Assembly (NCBI GenBank): GCA_020432765.1
Contig: JAGRDI010000025.1
Location: forward strand, 1-37,914
Direction of reading: 5' to 3'
From: Anaerolineales bacterium
GTDB taxonomy: Bacteria; Chloroflexota; Anaerolineae; Promineifilales; Promineifilaceae
Length of the DNA: 37,914 nt
Shown here: piece by piece, positions 26,874 through 37,831 of the stretch
Layout: each line of letters starts with the position of its first letter
Numbering within the stretch: position 1 is the stretch's first letter
Notes under the pieces: generated by a model
The model's input: only the letters and a program-made list of their open reading frames with translations
The model's database searches: none
Told to the model about the DNA's origin: nothing
Made by a program: the position numbers and the translations under genes

Positions 26874-27656
26874 TTACTCCGTCTCTCGTTCTTCATAAAC
26901 CACAGAAACCAGACTCAACCCCTGTGGTGGCGCTGCTGAGCCAGAACGCCTACGATCACATGCATACAGTGCATCTGCAAAATCAGTGACTGACCAAGAG
27001 CCATCACCAACTGCAGCCAGGCTGCCAACCAGACTGCGTACCATCCGATAGAGGAAAGCATTCGCTTCGACAAAAAACAGAATAAATTCTTGTTGTCGAT
27101 AAAAATAAGCCTGGTAGATTTCACGAACTGTATTAATTCCTTGTGGCGGTGTGCCAAAGGTCGCAAAATCTCGTGTGCCCACTAACAAAGCTGCTGCCTG
27201 GTTCATATTATCCAGATCTAGCTGCCGCTGCACATACCAACTGTAACGACGACGTAAAGGGCTGCGTACTGCTGCATTATAAATGCTGTATTTATATGCC
27301 CTGCGCCGCGCATCATAACGTGGGTGAAATGAAGGCGCTGCTTCCTCAATTTTTAAGATCCCAATATCGTTTGGTAAATTAGCATTCAGTGCATTTCTTA
27401 ACGCATCCACACCGTGTTGCCATGCTATTGTAAAACTGATCATCTGACCCATTGCATGCACACCGCTGTCAGTACGTCCGGCACCGGTAACTGTCACCGG
27501 ACTGCGCGTCAAATCAGTTAATACTCGTTCTAATTCGCCCTGGATTGTTGGTTGTTCAATGCGTTGGCGTTGAAATCCAAAATAATCTGTACCATCATAC
27601 TCGACCAGGGCACGAAAACGCAAACGATCTAGCGGCTGCGCCTGTTGGAAGGACAA
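26874..27656 (-). CDS. truA: tRNA pseudouridine(38-40) synthase TruA
   Basis: 260 aa with [12 protein letters not shown] and the catalytic [11 protein letters not shown]. It ends 2 nt upstream of rplM. Confidence 0.93.
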   Translation of the reverse strand: MSFQQAQPLDRLRFRALVEYDGTDYFGFQRQRIEQPTIQGELERVLTDLTRSPVTVTGAGRTDSGVHAMGQMISFTIAWQHGVDALRNALNANLPNDIGILKIEEAAPSFHPRYDARRRAYKYSIYNAAVRSPLRRRYSWYVQRQLDLDNMNQAAALLVGTRDFATFGTPPQGINTVREIYQAYFYRQQEFILFFVEANAFLYRMVRSLVGSLAAVGDGSWSVTDFADALYACDRRRSGSAAPPQGLSLVSVVYEERETE

Positions 27657-27659
27657 AAA

Positions 27660-28088
27660 TTATTCCTCATCCACCAACATCAATACGGCCATCTCGGCAT
27701 TGTCGCCAGGACGTTTCCCGATTTTAACTAAACGCGTATAGCCTCCATTACGGTCAGCATAACGCGGTGCAATGTCGTTAAATAACTTTTGGACGACATC
27801 AACTTCTTCAAAATAACCACCTTCATCTTCAACTGTACGGCTCTTAGGCAGACGTGCTGCTGCTAAACGCCGTGCATGAACTTCATTGGCGGTGTTTGCT
27901 TCACCTTTAACCAGGCCACGTTTGGCCAGAGTAATCATTTTTTCGGCCGCGGGGCGAATCGTGCGTGCCTTGGCTTCTGTTGTGACGATTTTCTCATAAC
28001 AAATCAAATCGGCAATCAGATTTTTGCGTAAGGCGGTGCGATGGGCTGTGTCACGATTTAGCCTACGGCCACTTACTCTATGTCGCAT
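27660..28088 (-). CDS. rplQ: 50S ribosomal protein L17
   Basis: 142 aa with MRHRVSGRRLNRDTAHRTALRKNL and GGYTRLVKIGKRPGD. Confidence 0.95.
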   Translation of the reverse strand: MRHRVSGRRLNRDTAHRTALRKNLIADLICYEKIVTTEAKARTIRPAAEKMITLAKRGLVKGEANTANEVHARRLAAARLPKSRTVEDEGGYFEEVDVVQKLFNDIAPRYADRNGGYTRLVKIGKRPGDNAEMAVLMLVDEE

Positions 28089-28176
28089 CGGTATTCCTCG
28101 TTCTATCTTTATCTACGATCCGGAGCGGTGTTTAATCCATGCCACGCCGGTTATTGTTGTTCAGCAACGGCCGTGT

Positions 28177-29136
28177 CTAAACCGTTCGCTCATCCTCATC
28201 GTTGAGGAACCCTTTCATACGCAGCTGTGCTTTCAGCTCATCAAGGGATTTCTCACCAAAGTTACGGATAGCCAGCATCGTCTCTTCACCTCGGTCAAGC
28301 ATTTCCAGCATCTCTCCAACCTTGGTAATACCTGTACGCTTTAGGGAATTGAAAACGCGCACACTCAGATCTAGCTGCTCAATTGGCGTATCATAGATCT
28401 CATTCGGTATCGCCTCTTCTTCTTCCTCTACCTCTTCTGGCATGAACGTTTCTTCGCTCACACCCGCCAAGGGACGGAATTGCCCAACCAGAATTTGGGC
28501 AGACATTGCCAAAGCATCTTCGGGCTTTATGCTGCCGTCTGTCCAGATCTCCATGACAATGCGGTCATAATCAGCCATCTGGCCCACGCGTGTCTTCTCA
28601 ACATCGTAAGAAACGCGACGGATAGGGCTAAAGATAGCGTCAACCGGCAGCTCACCAATCGGCAAACGACCGCGCTCCTCGGCCGGAGAATATCCCCGTC
28701 CTGTTTCAGCCGTCATTTCGATTTCCAAGAATGCTTCATCAGCGTCTACTGTGAAAAGGTACAAGTCCGGGTTAATTACTTCAACTTCTGGGGGCAGCTG
28801 AATGTCAGCGGCCGTTACCGTCCCAGCACCATGTACCTCTAGACGCAAACGCGCTTGATCCGTATTATGTAATTCCAAACGTAATTGTTTGATGTGCAGA
28901 ATGAGCTGCATCATATCCTCACGAACATGAGGAATCGCAGAAAATTCATGCGGCACATCGGTTACACGTATCGACGTAATCGCTGAACCAGGCAAGGATG
29001 ATATCAATACACGACGCAAAGAGTTCCCTAAAGTCGTGCCATAACCTCTTTCCAGCGGGCCGATGATAAACCTACCATATTCACGGGTCATCGCCGTGCC
29101 TTCAATTTTTGGTAGGATAAGATTATTTATAGTCAA
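28177..29136 (-). CDS. rpoA: DNA-directed RNA polymerase subunit alpha
   Basis: 319 aa with a TTG start after GGGAGG. It has [22 protein letters not shown]-type NTD motifs and a CTD helix-hairpin-helix ([22 protein letters not shown]). Confidence 0.95.
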   Translation of the reverse strand: [319 protein letters not shown]

Positions 29137-29229
29137 CGTTAAAACCTCCCATGCAATAATTCAATCGAATCTAGTCAGCGTGCCGAACAACATCAAACGA
29201 ATGATATTTGCCAGGCATATAACAAAATA

Positions 29230-29868
29230 TTATCGGGAGTAATACTCAACGATCAGCTGCTCGTTCAGTGAAACGTCGATATCTTCACGAGCAGGCAGAT
29301 GCAACACATTCACTGTTAAGTCGGCTGCACTCGCAGTCAACCAACGAGGTACACGTCTGTCATCCATTTCTTGCCGCAAGACCTTGAAATATGTACGCCG
29401 CGAGCTTTCCGAACGCACCGAAACAATATCCCCAGGTGAAACTAACGCCGAGGGAACATCAGTTTTACGGCCGTTCAACATTACATGCCCGTGTGATACC
29501 AACTGACGTGCTTGCGCACGCGAACTGGCCATGCCAGCGCGGTATACCACATTATCAAGACGACGTTCCAACAAAGTCAACAAATTTGTACCAGTCAACC
29601 CAACTTGTTGTGATGCGCGGCTGAAATAACGACTAAACTGGCGTTCCATAATGCCATAAATGCGCCGTGCCTTTTGCTTTTCACGCAACTGTAACAAATA
29701 GTCGGATGCACGATTTCGCCGGAACTGTTTCTCGCGTCCATGTTGTCCCGGTGGGTATGACCGCCGTTCAAAAGAACATTTCGGAGTCATACACCGCGAA
29801 CCCTTCAAAAAAAGCTTTTCGCCTTCACGGCGACAAAGCTTACATACAGGACCTGTATATCTTGCCAA
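29230..29868 (-). CDS. rpsD: 30S ribosomal protein S4
   Basis: 212 aa with a TTG start after GGAGG. It has [23 protein letters not shown] and an S4 RNA-binding domain ([27 protein letters not shown]). Confidence 0.95.
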   Translation of the reverse strand: MARYTGPVCKLCRREGEKLFLKGSRCMTPKCSFERRSYPPGQHGREKQFRRNRASDYLLQLREKQKARRIYGIMERQFSRYFSRASQQVGLTGTNLLTLLERRLDNVVYRAGMASSRAQARQLVSHGHVMLNGRKTDVPSALVSPGDIVSVRSESSRRTYFKVLRQEMDDRRVPRWLTASAADLTVNVLHLPAREDIDVSLNEQLIVEYYSR

Positions 29869-29969
29869 TTTCCATAACCTCCATTTTCAGGATTTCTCGA
29901 GAGGTTTACAGGCTCGGCAACCTTTCGGTTTATAACCCTTCATCCCTCTCCAAATATAAACTAAAATTA

Positions 29970-30365
29970 TTATACGCGCCGTTTCTTTGGTGGCCGACAG
30001 CCATTATGTGGCACAGGTGTAATATCTGAAATCGCCTTCACCGTAATACCAGAGGCTTGGATTGCGCGAATAGCAGCCTCACGACCAGGGCCGGGACCAT
30101 TAATGATAACTTCAACTTCCTGCATACCATTATCTTGTGCAACACGTGCCGCGTTTTGGCCGGCAAGACGCGCAGCATAAGGTGTAGATTTACGTGAGCC
30201 CTTAAAACCCGCCGAGCCACCACTTCCCCAAGATATTGTATTGCCATTCTGATCCGTAATTGTCACGATGGTGTTATTGAAAGTCGCAAAAACGTGTACG
30301 ACTCCCCGTGAAACCATTTTTTTCGCTTTTTTGCGCGTCTGTGACTGTCTTCTTCTACGTGCCAT
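29970..30365 (-). CDS. rpsK: 30S ribosomal protein S11
   Basis: The start is reassigned to the ATG at 30365, preceded by TAGGAG ([16 protein letters not shown]...). It has [18 protein letters not shown] and the C-terminal [18 protein letters not shown]. Confidence 0.93.
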   Translation of the reverse strand: MARRRRQSQTRKKAKKMVSRGVVHVFATFNNTIVTITDQNGNTISWGSGGSAGFKGSRKSTPYAARLAGQNAARVAQDNGMQEVEVIINGPGPGREAAIRAIQASGITVKAISDITPVPHNGCRPPKKRRV

Positions 30366-30411
30366 TGTCACTCCTACAATGTAAGACAAGTTTGCAAACT
30401 TGTCCTACTCA

Positions 30412-30792
30412 TTATTTACCCTTACGACGGCCACGTCCTGCAACCGTTTTCTTCGGTCCTTTACGTGTACGTGCATTGGTCTTTGTCCGTTGTCCATGCA
30501 CTGGCAAGTGCCGGCGGTGACGCAGTCCGCGATAGCAGCCAATCTCCGTCAATCGTTTGATGTTCAAAGAAACCTCACGTCGCAAGTCACCTTCAACGGT
30601 ATATTCCTCACCAATCGCTTGACGCAAACGTGTAATTTCTGCTTCCGACAAATCCCGCACACGCGTGTCAGGATCAACCTCAGCCGTGGCTAAAATCTTG
30701 CGGCTTGATGTCGGACCAATACCATAAATATAGGTTAAGCTTATCTCAACCCGTTTATTTCGCGGGATGTCAACTCCAGAAATACGAGCCAT
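30412..30792 (-). CDS. rpsM: 30S ribosomal protein S13
   Basis: 126 aa beginning [26 protein letters not shown]. Confidence 0.95.
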   Translation of the reverse strand: MARISGVDIPRNKRVEISLTYIYGIGPTSSRKILATAEVDPDTRVRDLSEAEITRLRQAIGEEYTVEGDLRREVSLNIKRLTEIGCYRGLRHRRHLPVHGQRTKTNARTRKGPKKTVAGRGRRKGK

Positions 30793-30844
30793 AATTCCTC
30801 CAACAGGTCACAGCAAATCAATGTCCGCTGTTCACTGATATTCT

Positions 30845-30958
30845 TTATCCTTGACGCTGCTTATGATTCGGATCTACACAAATCACACGCACAATGCCCC
30901 TGCGTTTTACAATCTTGCACTTTGGGCAACGACGTTTCACAGATGCTGATACTTTCAT
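30845..30958 (-). CDS. rpmJ: 50S ribosomal protein L36
   Basis: This gene is absent from the ORF track because it is too short. Manual translation of the minus strand gives [37 protein letters not shown] (37 aa), preceded by a GGAAGG SD. Confidence 0.92.
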   Translation of the reverse strand: MKVSASVKRRCPKCKIVKRRGIVRVICVDPNHKQRQG

Positions 30959-31037
30959 AATTTACCTTCCACTAAATGTCGACCAACTTCACATTGACTC
31001 TTTCCAGAAAGCGAGAAACTGCTCGACATTTCTAAGA

Positions 31038-31610
31038 TCACTCCGCCTGCTGGACGACCTTGATCAATTCTTGCTGTACCTGTTCAACCGGCTGTTGGCC
31101 ATTTACTTCCACAAACAAGCCCCTTTCTTGGTAATAGTCCATTAAAGGTTTTGTCTGAGCCTCATAAATGTCCATACGGGTCCGAATAGTGCCTTCATTA
31201 TCGTCTGCACGGCCTTCAATTTCAGCGCGTTTCAATAGACGTTCTACCAATACATCCTGATTTACATGAATCGACGGGACGACACTAATGCGTCCACCTA
31301 TTTCTGCTAACAGGTTATCAAGGGCAACTGCTTGTACCAGATTACGCGGAAAGCCATCAAGAATAGCCCCGTTTTTGCAATCAGTTTGTGACAACCGGTC
31401 TTTTACCATGGCCACTGTGACTTCGTCGGGAACAAGTTGTCCCTTATCCATATAAGTATTTGCAAGCTTACCAAGGTCCGTCTGGTTCTTCAGATTATAT
31501 CTGAATAAGTCACCAGTGGAAATCTGGGGTAAACCCAACGCAGATTGCAACAGTTTTGCCTGTGTGCCTTTGCCGGCACCTGGTGCACCCATCAAAATCA
31601 CATACTTCAT
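31038..31610 (-). CDS. adk: Adenylate kinase (short-lid type)
   Basis: 190 aa with the P-loop GAPGAGKGTQA, ISTGDLFR and GFPR. There is no Cys4 lid. The start overlaps the secY stop by 1 nt (TGATG). Confidence 0.93.
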   Translation of the reverse strand: MKYVILMGAPGAGKGTQAKLLQSALGLPQISTGDLFRYNLKNQTDLGKLANTYMDKGQLVPDEVTVAMVKDRLSQTDCKNGAILDGFPRNLVQAVALDNLLAEIGGRISVVPSIHVNQDVLVERLLKRAEIEGRADDNEGTIRTRMDIYEAQTKPLMDYYQERGLFVEVNGQQPVEQVQQELIKVVQQAE

Positions 31611-32989
31611 CAGTCAATAAACCCTTCGTAATGACGCATAAGCAGTTGAGATTCTAGCTGACGCATGGTATCAATGACTACACCAACAACGATGATCAAG
31701 CCCGCACCAGTAACAACATATGCGCTTTGTTGAAGGCTAGGAATCCGCAATATTGCGCCGATAAACGCCATAATGCCTGGAGTAATAGCGATCAATCCCA
31801 AAAACACAGCGCCGACAAGTGTGATGCGACGTACCACCGAAGTAATGTAAGCTTCAGTGCGTTTACCCGGACGAATGCCTGGAATAAAACCGCCCTGACG
31901 CTGTAATGTCTGTGGTATGTTTTGCTGTTTCACCATCACATCAGTATAGAAGAAGGTGAATCCCACAACTAACAAGAAATAGAATCCCCAATACAAGAAG
32001 AACGAAAGCGGTGCCGTTCCTGGATCTTGTACGGAACCAAAACTACTAATGCTGCGTGCGATTTGGTTAAGTATATTACCATCTGTTGACAAATCACCAA
32101 CAAAGAATTGGGCAATGAGGGGTGGAAATGTCAAAATAGCCTGTGCAAAGATAATCGGGATCATACCAGCAGTGTTTACCTTCAAGGGTACGTATGTACT
32201 CTGTCCCTGGTAAACTTTTCGACCACGCACACGACGGCCGTATTGTACTGGTATTCTGCGCTGTCCTTCCTGAATCACGACAATAACAAATACTGTAAAA
32301 ACGGTCAGGACAATAAAAGCAAAAATAGTGAATATCCGCGAGGTCGTATCTGGAATCGCAAACAAGCTAGCCGTATTCGGCAAAATCCGCGAGACGATAC
32401 CACCGAAGATAATCAAAGAAATACCTTGTCCAATCCCGTCTTCCGTAATTAATTCGCCAACCCAAATAGCGAACATCGTACCACCTACCATGGCAACCAC
32501 AGTAGTTAAGGTTGATAAAATCTGATCCGGTTGCGTACCAAAATTAGGCAAAATTTGTTCTAAGCCACCTGGTAAACTGAAACCTATCAAGCGAATCTGA
32601 CCAATAGCCTGCAAAAAGGCTAATGGAACCGTTATATAATAGGTAATCCGGTTAATTTTATTGCGACCTGTCTCACCCTCAGATGCCAACTCTTCCAACT
32701 GTGGAATAATCGGCGTTAACAATTGGATGATAATAGATGCTGTGATGTAAGGATACACACCCATGGCCATCACAGAAAAGTTGCGCACAGCCCCACCAGA
32801 AAGCAGGTCAAGAAAATTGACCACAGCGTTGCCGCTATCCTGGGCGGTGAAGGCAAGCCAAGCAGTTAAGTTGACGCCAGGCACCGGAATATTCGCCACA
32901 AGGCGGTAGATCACCAGCATAAAAATGGTGAACAATATACGCCGTCGCAAATCTGGCAAAGCAAATGCTGCACGAATTGACTCAATCAT
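31610..32989 (-). CDS. secY: Preprotein translocase subunit SecY
   Basis: 459 aa with 10 TM helices. Motifs include LRRRILFTIFMLVIYRL, GVYPYITASIIIQLL and GGFIPGIRPGKRT. Confidence 0.95.
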   Translation of the reverse strand: MIESIRAAFALPDLRRRILFTIFMLVIYRLVANIPVPGVNLTAWLAFTAQDSGNAVVNFLDLLSGGAVRNFSVMAMGVYPYITASIIIQLLTPIIPQLEELASEGETGRNKINRITYYITVPLAFLQAIGQIRLIGFSLPGGLEQILPNFGTQPDQILSTLTTVVAMVGGTMFAIWVGELITEDGIGQGISLIIFGGIVSRILPNTASLFAIPDTTSRIFTIFAFIVLTVFTVFVIVVIQEGQRRIPVQYGRRVRGRKVYQGQSTYVPLKVNTAGMIPIIFAQAILTFPPLIAQFFVGDLSTDGNILNQIARSISSFGSVQDPGTAPLSFFLYWGFYFLLVVGFTFFYTDVMVKQQNIPQTLQRQGGFIPGIRPGKRTEAYITSVVRRITLVGAVFLGLIAITPGIMAFIGAILRIPSLQQSAYVVTGAGLIIVVGVVIDTMRQLESQLLMRHYEGFID

Positions 32990-33056
32990 TACTCTTTTCC
33001 CGTTCTAGAGCCGGCAAACCAGAGAATCACTACAGTCTGCCCATAAGCTCATGCTT

Positions 33057-33512
33057 TTAATTGTAAGGTAGTACTTCAACAGTACCACCAGCTGCCTCAA
33101 TTTTTTCACGGGCAGCGGTCGAAAAACGATGTGCCTTCACAGTTAAGGAGACATTGATCTCCCCATCTCCCAAGATCACAACGGGATCGGTCGGCTTTTT
33201 GATGAGTCCAATCTGGGACATAATTTCAGGAGTGACTTCAACATCTCCGAAATCAAATTCTGCCAGACGATTCAAATTTACTGGCTTGTAAGTTATTTTA
33301 CGAATATTTGTAAACCCACGCTTAAATGGCAAACGCCGAGCTAAAGGTAATTGACCACCTTCAAAATATGCGCCTTTTCCACCGCCGCTGCGTGCGCCTT
33401 GTCCTTTGGTACCACGTCCAGCCGTTTTACCTTGTCCGGTCGCAGTACCACGACCTACTCGCTTGCGCTTTTTCTTTGCACCAGGATTGGGGCGCAGATC
33501 GTGTAATTTCAT
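33057..33512 (-). CDS. rplO: 50S ribosomal protein L15
   Basis: 151 aa beginning [22 protein letters not shown], with a Gly/Lys-rich N-terminus. Confidence 0.95.
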   Translation of the reverse strand: MKLHDLRPNPGAKKKRKRVGRGTATGQGKTAGRGTKGQGARSGGGKGAYFEGGQLPLARRLPFKRGFTNIRKITYKPVNLNRLAEFDFGDVEVTPEIMSQIGLIKKPTDPVVILGDGEINVSLTVKAHRFSTAAREKIEAAGGTVEVLPYN

Positions 33513-33513
33513 C

Positions 33514-33696
33514 TTACTCTACCTCTTCAACAGTCACCAAATGACTGACCTTAAAAATCATGCCACGGATTACGGCCGTATCATCATGCTCCACAACTTG
33601 ATTCAGTTTACGGAACCCCAACGCCTTAATCGTTGCTTTTTGTTTCTCGTTATAACCAATTGTACTCTTCGAGTATTTAATGCGTAACTTAGCCAT
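33514..33696 (-). CDS. rpmD: 50S ribosomal protein L30
   Basis: The start is reassigned to the ATG at 33696 ([33 protein letters not shown]...). It overlaps the rpsE stop by 1 nt (TAATG). Confidence 0.9.
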   Translation of the reverse strand: MAKLRIKYSKSTIGYNEKQKATIKALGFRKLNQVVEHDDTAVIRGMIFKVSHLVTVEEVE

Positions 33697-34223
33697 TAGC
33701 CTCGACTCCAAAACGGCGTCACTTCGGCTTTGTCTTTGCCGCGATCTGCCGCGATTTGTTGGTAATCCTTCAACTGGCGTAAGCCGTCCATTGTTGCCAT
33801 CATGACATTAAGTGCATTTTGACTGCCCAAAGATTTTGAAAGAATATCTCTGTATCCAGCAGCCTCAATAACCGCACGAACGCCACCACCAGCGATAACG
33901 CCCGTTCCTGGCGATGCCGGCTTAAGCAGTACTTTAGCAGCACTGTAACGTCCAACAACTTGATGTGGTACCGTAGTACCAAACAAAGAAACTGGCTCCA
34001 TCGCTTTCCGCGCAGCTTCAATCGCCTTGCGAATCGCATCCGGCACAGAGCGAGCCTTACCAGTAGCAACACCAACACTACCTTTATTATCACCAACAAC
34101 CACAGTCACACGGAAAGCAAACCGGCGACCACCCTTAACTACTTTGGCAACACGTGTGATATCGATAATACGCTCATCGAGCTCATCACGTTGGTCACGA
34201 AAATTTTGTCGTCTTTGACCCAT
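33696..34223 (-). CDS. rpsE: 30S ribosomal protein S5
   Basis: 175 aa with [22 protein letters not shown] and [18 protein letters not shown]. Confidence 0.95.
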   Translation of the reverse strand: MGQRRQNFRDQRDELDERIIDITRVAKVVKGGRRFAFRVTVVVGDNKGSVGVATGKARSVPDAIRKAIEAARKAMEPVSLFGTTVPHQVVGRYSAAKVLLKPASPGTGVIAGGGVRAVIEAAGYRDILSKSLGSQNALNVMMATMDGLRQLKDYQQIAADRGKDKAEVTPFWSRG

Positions 34224-34238
34224 TACTCTCTCCTAGCC

Positions 34239-34601
34239 CTAGAACTTTAGCCCACCTTCGCGAGCGCCATCGGCCAATGCCTTCACACGACCATGATACA
34301 AATAACCACCACGGTCAAAAACGACCTCTTTGATACCTGCGTCCAGCGCACGCTGCGCTACACTCTTCCCTACGATGGTTGCCTGCTCTTTTTTGTTTTT
34401 GCCGTCTAAATCTGCAATAAGCTCTTTGTCCAAAGTTGAGGCAGATATAAGCGTATGCCCCGCAACGTCATCAATCACCTGCACATAAATGTGATCGGTA
34501 CTACGATATACATTCAAACGCGGCCGCTCTTGTGTGCCGGAAATTTTGCGGCGAATGCGGCGATGGCGTCTTTTACGTGCTTTTTCTGTTGTTACAGCCA
34601 T
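34239..34601 (-). CDS. rplR: 50S ribosomal protein L18
   Basis: 120 aa with [20 protein letters not shown] and [26 protein letters not shown]. Confidence 0.95.
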   Translation of the reverse strand: MAVTTEKARKRRHRRIRRKISGTQERPRLNVYRSTDHIYVQVIDDVAGHTLISASTLDKELIADLDGKNKKEQATIVGKSVAQRALDAGIKEVVFDRGGYLYHGRVKALADGAREGGLKF

Positions 34602-34613
34602 TTCATTTTACCT

Positions 34614-35156
34614 CTAAACCTTACCCGCCTTACCTGCTTTACGGCGTACATATTCACCATCATATTGGATGCCCTTGCCTTTATACGGTTCAGGGGGTCG
34701 TGTTTTGCGGATGCGTGCCGAGATTTCACCAACCTCTTGTTTGTCAATTCCAGACACTTTTATGGTTTTTCCGCGATCTTCTACCTCATATCCAAGGTTT
34801 TCCAAAGGTTCAAAATTAATTGGATGCGAGTAACCAACATTTAAAACGAGCACATCGCCATCCATTTGGGCACGATATCCCACACCTTCGATACGCAAAA
34901 TCTTAGTAAAACCGTCAGTAACACCCACTACCATATTATTTAGCAAAGCACGCGTCAATCCATGTAGAGAGCGATGCTCACGTGAATCGCTCGGGCGCTT
35001 AATGGAAATAACGCCATCATTGAGATCAATGGTCATATCAGGATGAAAGGTTTGCGATAAAGAACCTTTGGGACCTTTCACCGAAATTGTTGACGCTTCC
35101 ATTTCCAAACTAACGCCTTTGGGCAGACTTATGGGTTGTTTGCCTATACGTGACAT
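34614..35156 (-). CDS. rplF: 50S ribosomal protein L6
   Basis: 180 aa beginning MSRIGKQPISLPKGV, with the C-terminal PEPYKGKGIQY. Confidence 0.95.
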   Translation of the reverse strand: MSRIGKQPISLPKGVSLEMEASTISVKGPKGSLSQTFHPDMTIDLNDGVISIKRPSDSREHRSLHGLTRALLNNMVVGVTDGFTKILRIEGVGYRAQMDGDVLVLNVGYSHPINFEPLENLGYEVEDRGKTIKVSGIDKQEVGEISARIRKTRPPEPYKGKGIQYDGEYVRRKAGKAGKV

Positions 35157-35169
35157 TTCAGACCTCCGC

Positions 35170-35577
35170 CTACCAAATCCGGCAAATTACTTCGCCGCCA
35201 ACACCGAGGCGACGTGCTTTTTGTCCGGTCATAATCCCTTTAGATGTTGTCAGGATATTAATACCCAACCCACTTAATACCCAGGGAATTTCATTTTTTC
35301 CAACATACACACGGCGACCTGGTTTGCTCACACGTTCTAAGCCATTAATGATGGAACGGCGGTCACGTCGGCCTCCGACATATTTTAATTCTATCTGTAA
35401 CACGTCACGGGGCTGTTGGGACCGAATGCTATAATCTGCGATATAGCCTTCAACTTTCAGCACCTCGGCAACAGCCTCTTTCATATTGGAATACGGCATC
35501 GACACTGTTGAATGTTGCCGCCCAAGGGCATTGCGTACACGTGTCAACATATCTGCAATAGGATCACTCATTGACAT
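35170..35577 (-). CDS. rpsH: 30S ribosomal protein S8
   Basis: 135 aa with DPIADMLTRVRNA and the C-terminal GGEVICRIW. Confidence 0.95.
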   Translation of the reverse strand: MSMSDPIADMLTRVRNALGRQHSTVSMPYSNMKEAVAEVLKVEGYIADYSIRSQQPRDVLQIELKYVGGRRDRRSIINGLERVSKPGRRVYVGKNEIPWVLSGLGINILTTSKGIMTGQKARRLGVGGEVICRIW

Positions 35578-35589
35578 AATTATGCACCT

Positions 35590-35772
35590 TTACCAGCTTG
35601 ATTTTACAACACCGGGGACATTTCCCATCAGTGCCTGTTCACGAAAACAAATGCGACACAAACCAAAACGACGTATGTATCCACGGGGACGGCCGCATAC
35701 TTTGCAACGGTTGCGCACACGTACTCTATATTTCCGCTTCGTTTCACGTGCGATCATGGACTTTTTCGCCAT
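35590..35772 (-). CDS. rpsN: 30S ribosomal protein S14, zinc-binding type Z
   Basis: The start is reassigned to the ATG at 35772 after GAGGAG. It is 60 aa: [45 protein letters not shown]... with CxxC...CxxC. Confidence 0.93.
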   Translation of the reverse strand: MAKKSMIARETKRKYRVRVRNRCKVCGRPRGYIRRFGLCRICFREQALMGNVPGVVKSSW

Positions 35773-35783
35773 AACTATCTCCT

Positions 35784-36338
35784 CTAACCTTCTGACTGCC
35801 AAAACGGCATACCCAGCATACTTAGTAAACGGCGACCTTCTTCATCGGTTTGTGCCGTCGTGACAATGGTAACTTCCATGCCGCGAATTTTGTCGATATT
35901 ATCATAGTTGATTTCAGGAAAAATCAATTGTTCACGCAAACCCAAGGTGTAATTTCCACGTCCATCAAAAGAGTCAGGAGAAATTCCCTGGAAATCACGT
36001 GTACGTGGTAACGCTACATGAATCAAACGGGTCAAGAATGCCCACATGCGTTCATTGCGTAAGGTTACCTTCATGCCAATTGAACGGCCTTCACGTAACT
36101 TAAAAGTAGCAATTGATTTCTTGGCCTTGGTTACAACCGGCTGTTGACCGGTAATAGCCATAAGGTCATTCATAGCAAATTGGATCGCTTTTGCGTTATC
36201 CAATGCTTCACCCAAACCAATATTGACCACAACTTTGGTGATACGTGGAGCTTGCATCACACTGTTATATTCAAACTCTTTGATCAATGCCGGTTGTATC
36301 TCGTTTTTATATTGTTCCAACAGCGGCGTAAAAGCCAT
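35784..36338 (-). CDS. rplE: 50S ribosomal protein L5
   Basis: The start is reassigned to the ATG at 36338 after CTGGAGG ([14 protein letters not shown]...). About 184 aa, with the typical L5 motifs VVNIGLGEA and [10 protein letters not shown]. Confidence 0.93.
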   Translation of the reverse strand: MAFTPLLEQYKNEIQPALIKEFEYNSVMQAPRITKVVVNIGLGEALDNAKAIQFAMNDLMAITGQQPVVTKAKKSIATFKLREGRSIGMKVTLRNERMWAFLTRLIHVALPRTRDFQGISPDSFDGRGNYTLGLREQLIFPEINYDNIDKIRGMEVTIVTTAQTDEEGRRLLSMLGMPFWQSEG

Positions 36339-36425
36339 TTTTACCTCCAGGTTAAGTGGCAGGAATGCGATGGTTGGACATATCCAAACCATTCTGGGCT
36401 TCCTGGCTCACCCTTGGTTCTTATA

Positions 36426-36752
36426 TTAATCTAAATCAGCACCGCTTTTTTTAGCGTAGCGTATGCGACGGCCGTTTTCATCAAAACGAATGCCAATCCG
36501 AGTTAAAACATTGTTATCTTCGGGATCAACCAACATGACGTTTGACACGCTGAAAGGCGCTTCAAATTCAATGATACCGCCTTGAGCTTGTGATCGACCA
36601 CCCGTTTGCTGTGGTTTTTGATGCTTCTTAACGATATTCACACCCGAAACAACAACACGTCCTTTTGCCGGCATCACGCGCTGAACTTTACCACGAACGC
36701 CCTTATAGTTTCCGGCGATGACTTCAACTTCGTCATTTACTTTAATACGCAT
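36426..36752 (-). CDS. rplX: 50S ribosomal protein L24
   Basis: 108 aa with a KOW motif: MRIKVNDEVEVIAGNYKGVRGKV. Confidence 0.95.
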   Translation of the reverse strand: MRIKVNDEVEVIAGNYKGVRGKVQRVMPAKGRVVVSGVNIVKKHQKPQQTGGRSQAQGGIIEFEAPFSVSNVMLVDPEDNNVLTRIGIRFDENGRRIRYAKKSGADLD

Positions 36753-36761
36753 GATTACCTC

Positions 36762-37133
36762 TTACAATGCTTCCGGTGCAAGTGATAGAATACGGCCAAA
36801 TCCCTTCTGGCGTAATTCACGTGCAACTGGGCCAAAGATACGGGTGCCAACCGGATTATTATTGGTAGCATCCAATATTACAGCAGCATTATCATCAAAT
36901 CGGATATAGCTGCCATCATCGCGCTTGTATTCTTTCTTCGTGCGCACAATAACAGCCTTTACAATAGTGCTTTTTTTAACGTTTGAATTTGGCGCAGCTT
37001 TTTTGACAGTGGCGGTAACAACATCGCCTACAGACCCGTAACGGCGTTTCGAACCACCCATTACCTGAATGACCAAAATCTCACGTGCACCAGAATTATC
37101 GGCAATATTTAGACGACTTTCTTTCTGAATCAT
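36762..37133 (-). CDS. rplN: 50S ribosomal protein L14
   Basis: 123 aa beginning [28 protein letters not shown]. Confidence 0.95.
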   Translation of the reverse strand: MIQKESRLNIADNSGAREILVIQVMGGSKRRYGSVGDVVTATVKKAAPNSNVKKSTIVKAVIVRTKKEYKRDDGSYIRFDDNAAVILDATNNNPVGTRIFGPVARELRQKGFGRILSLAPEAL

Positions 37134-37143
37134 GATGAGCCTC

Positions 37144-37395
37144 TTATTTTGCCCGGTCTAAAATTTCGGTAACGACAAATCGTTTTTGTCGACTGATGGG
37201 TTTAGACTCGATAATTTGCACACGATCACCCACGTGGCATTCATTGTTTTCATCATGCGCCTTATACTTCTTTGTACGGCGCATCACTTTACCATAAATC
37301 GGATGACGTTGGGTAGAAGCTACAGTAACGACGACGGTTTTATCCATTTTGTCACCAGTAACGATACCAACTAAACGTTTACGTTGCTCTCTCAT
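37144..37395 (-). CDS. rpsQ: 30S ribosomal protein S17
   Basis: 83 aa containing [21 protein letters not shown]....[22 protein letters not shown]. Confidence 0.95.
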   Translation of the reverse strand: MREQRKRLVGIVTGDKMDKTVVVTVASTQRHPIYGKVMRRTKKYKAHDENNECHVGDRVQIIESKPISRQKRFVVTEILDRAK

Positions 37396-37402
37396 CTCTC
37401 AC

Positions 37403-37831
37403 CTACCCTGCAATCTCGTAACTCGTGACCATCTGCGGTTTTGCTTTTGCGACCCGAGATTTGCGCGAGCGCGGCTGCTTTTTATTCAAATCTACCAAAG
37501 CGGTAGCCAGAGCGCTGCCGCTGTCATCGCTAAAGCGAACTTGCCAGGCACCTTCTTCATAAATGAAATGAGTATTAGCCTTCCATTCATTATTTGCCAA
37601 TGCTGAAGCAATTTCTGGTTGGGCAACGGCCGTTTCTGTGGCAAGTTGGCGCATTTTCAAAACAGTCTCAAGTTGAGCAATCTCGCGACGCACAATTCTG
37701 AGTCTGGCATAGTTATCTAGCTGAGCAGTGGCTTTTTGGAACCGCAAATTGAACATCTCTTCGCGTGCATTCTCCAGCAGCTCATCCAGTTTATCATCAC
37801 TCATTTCACGCAATTCAACAATATTAGCCAT
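37403..37831 (-). CDS. rpmC: 50S ribosomal protein L29 with an unusual ~78-aa C-terminal extension
   Basis: The first ~64 aa are canonical L29 ([53 protein letters not shown]). The frame stays open for 78 more codons, to 7 nt before the rpsQ start. The start overlaps the rplP stop by 1 nt. Confidence 0.85.
   Translation of the reverse strand: MANIVELREMSDDKLDELLENAREEMFNLRFQKATAQLDNYARLRIVRREIAQLETVLKMRQLATETAVAQPEIASALANNEWKANTHFIYEEGAWQVRFSDDSGSALATALVDLNKKQPRSRKSRVAKAKPQMVTSYEIAG

Noticed and set aside
9408-34519. NotI-type GCGGCCGC sites as part of the iterated family
   Set aside because: I found only two (about 9408 and 34512). They share the CGGCCG core but are not enriched, because the enrichment is specific to the A...T-flanked octamer.
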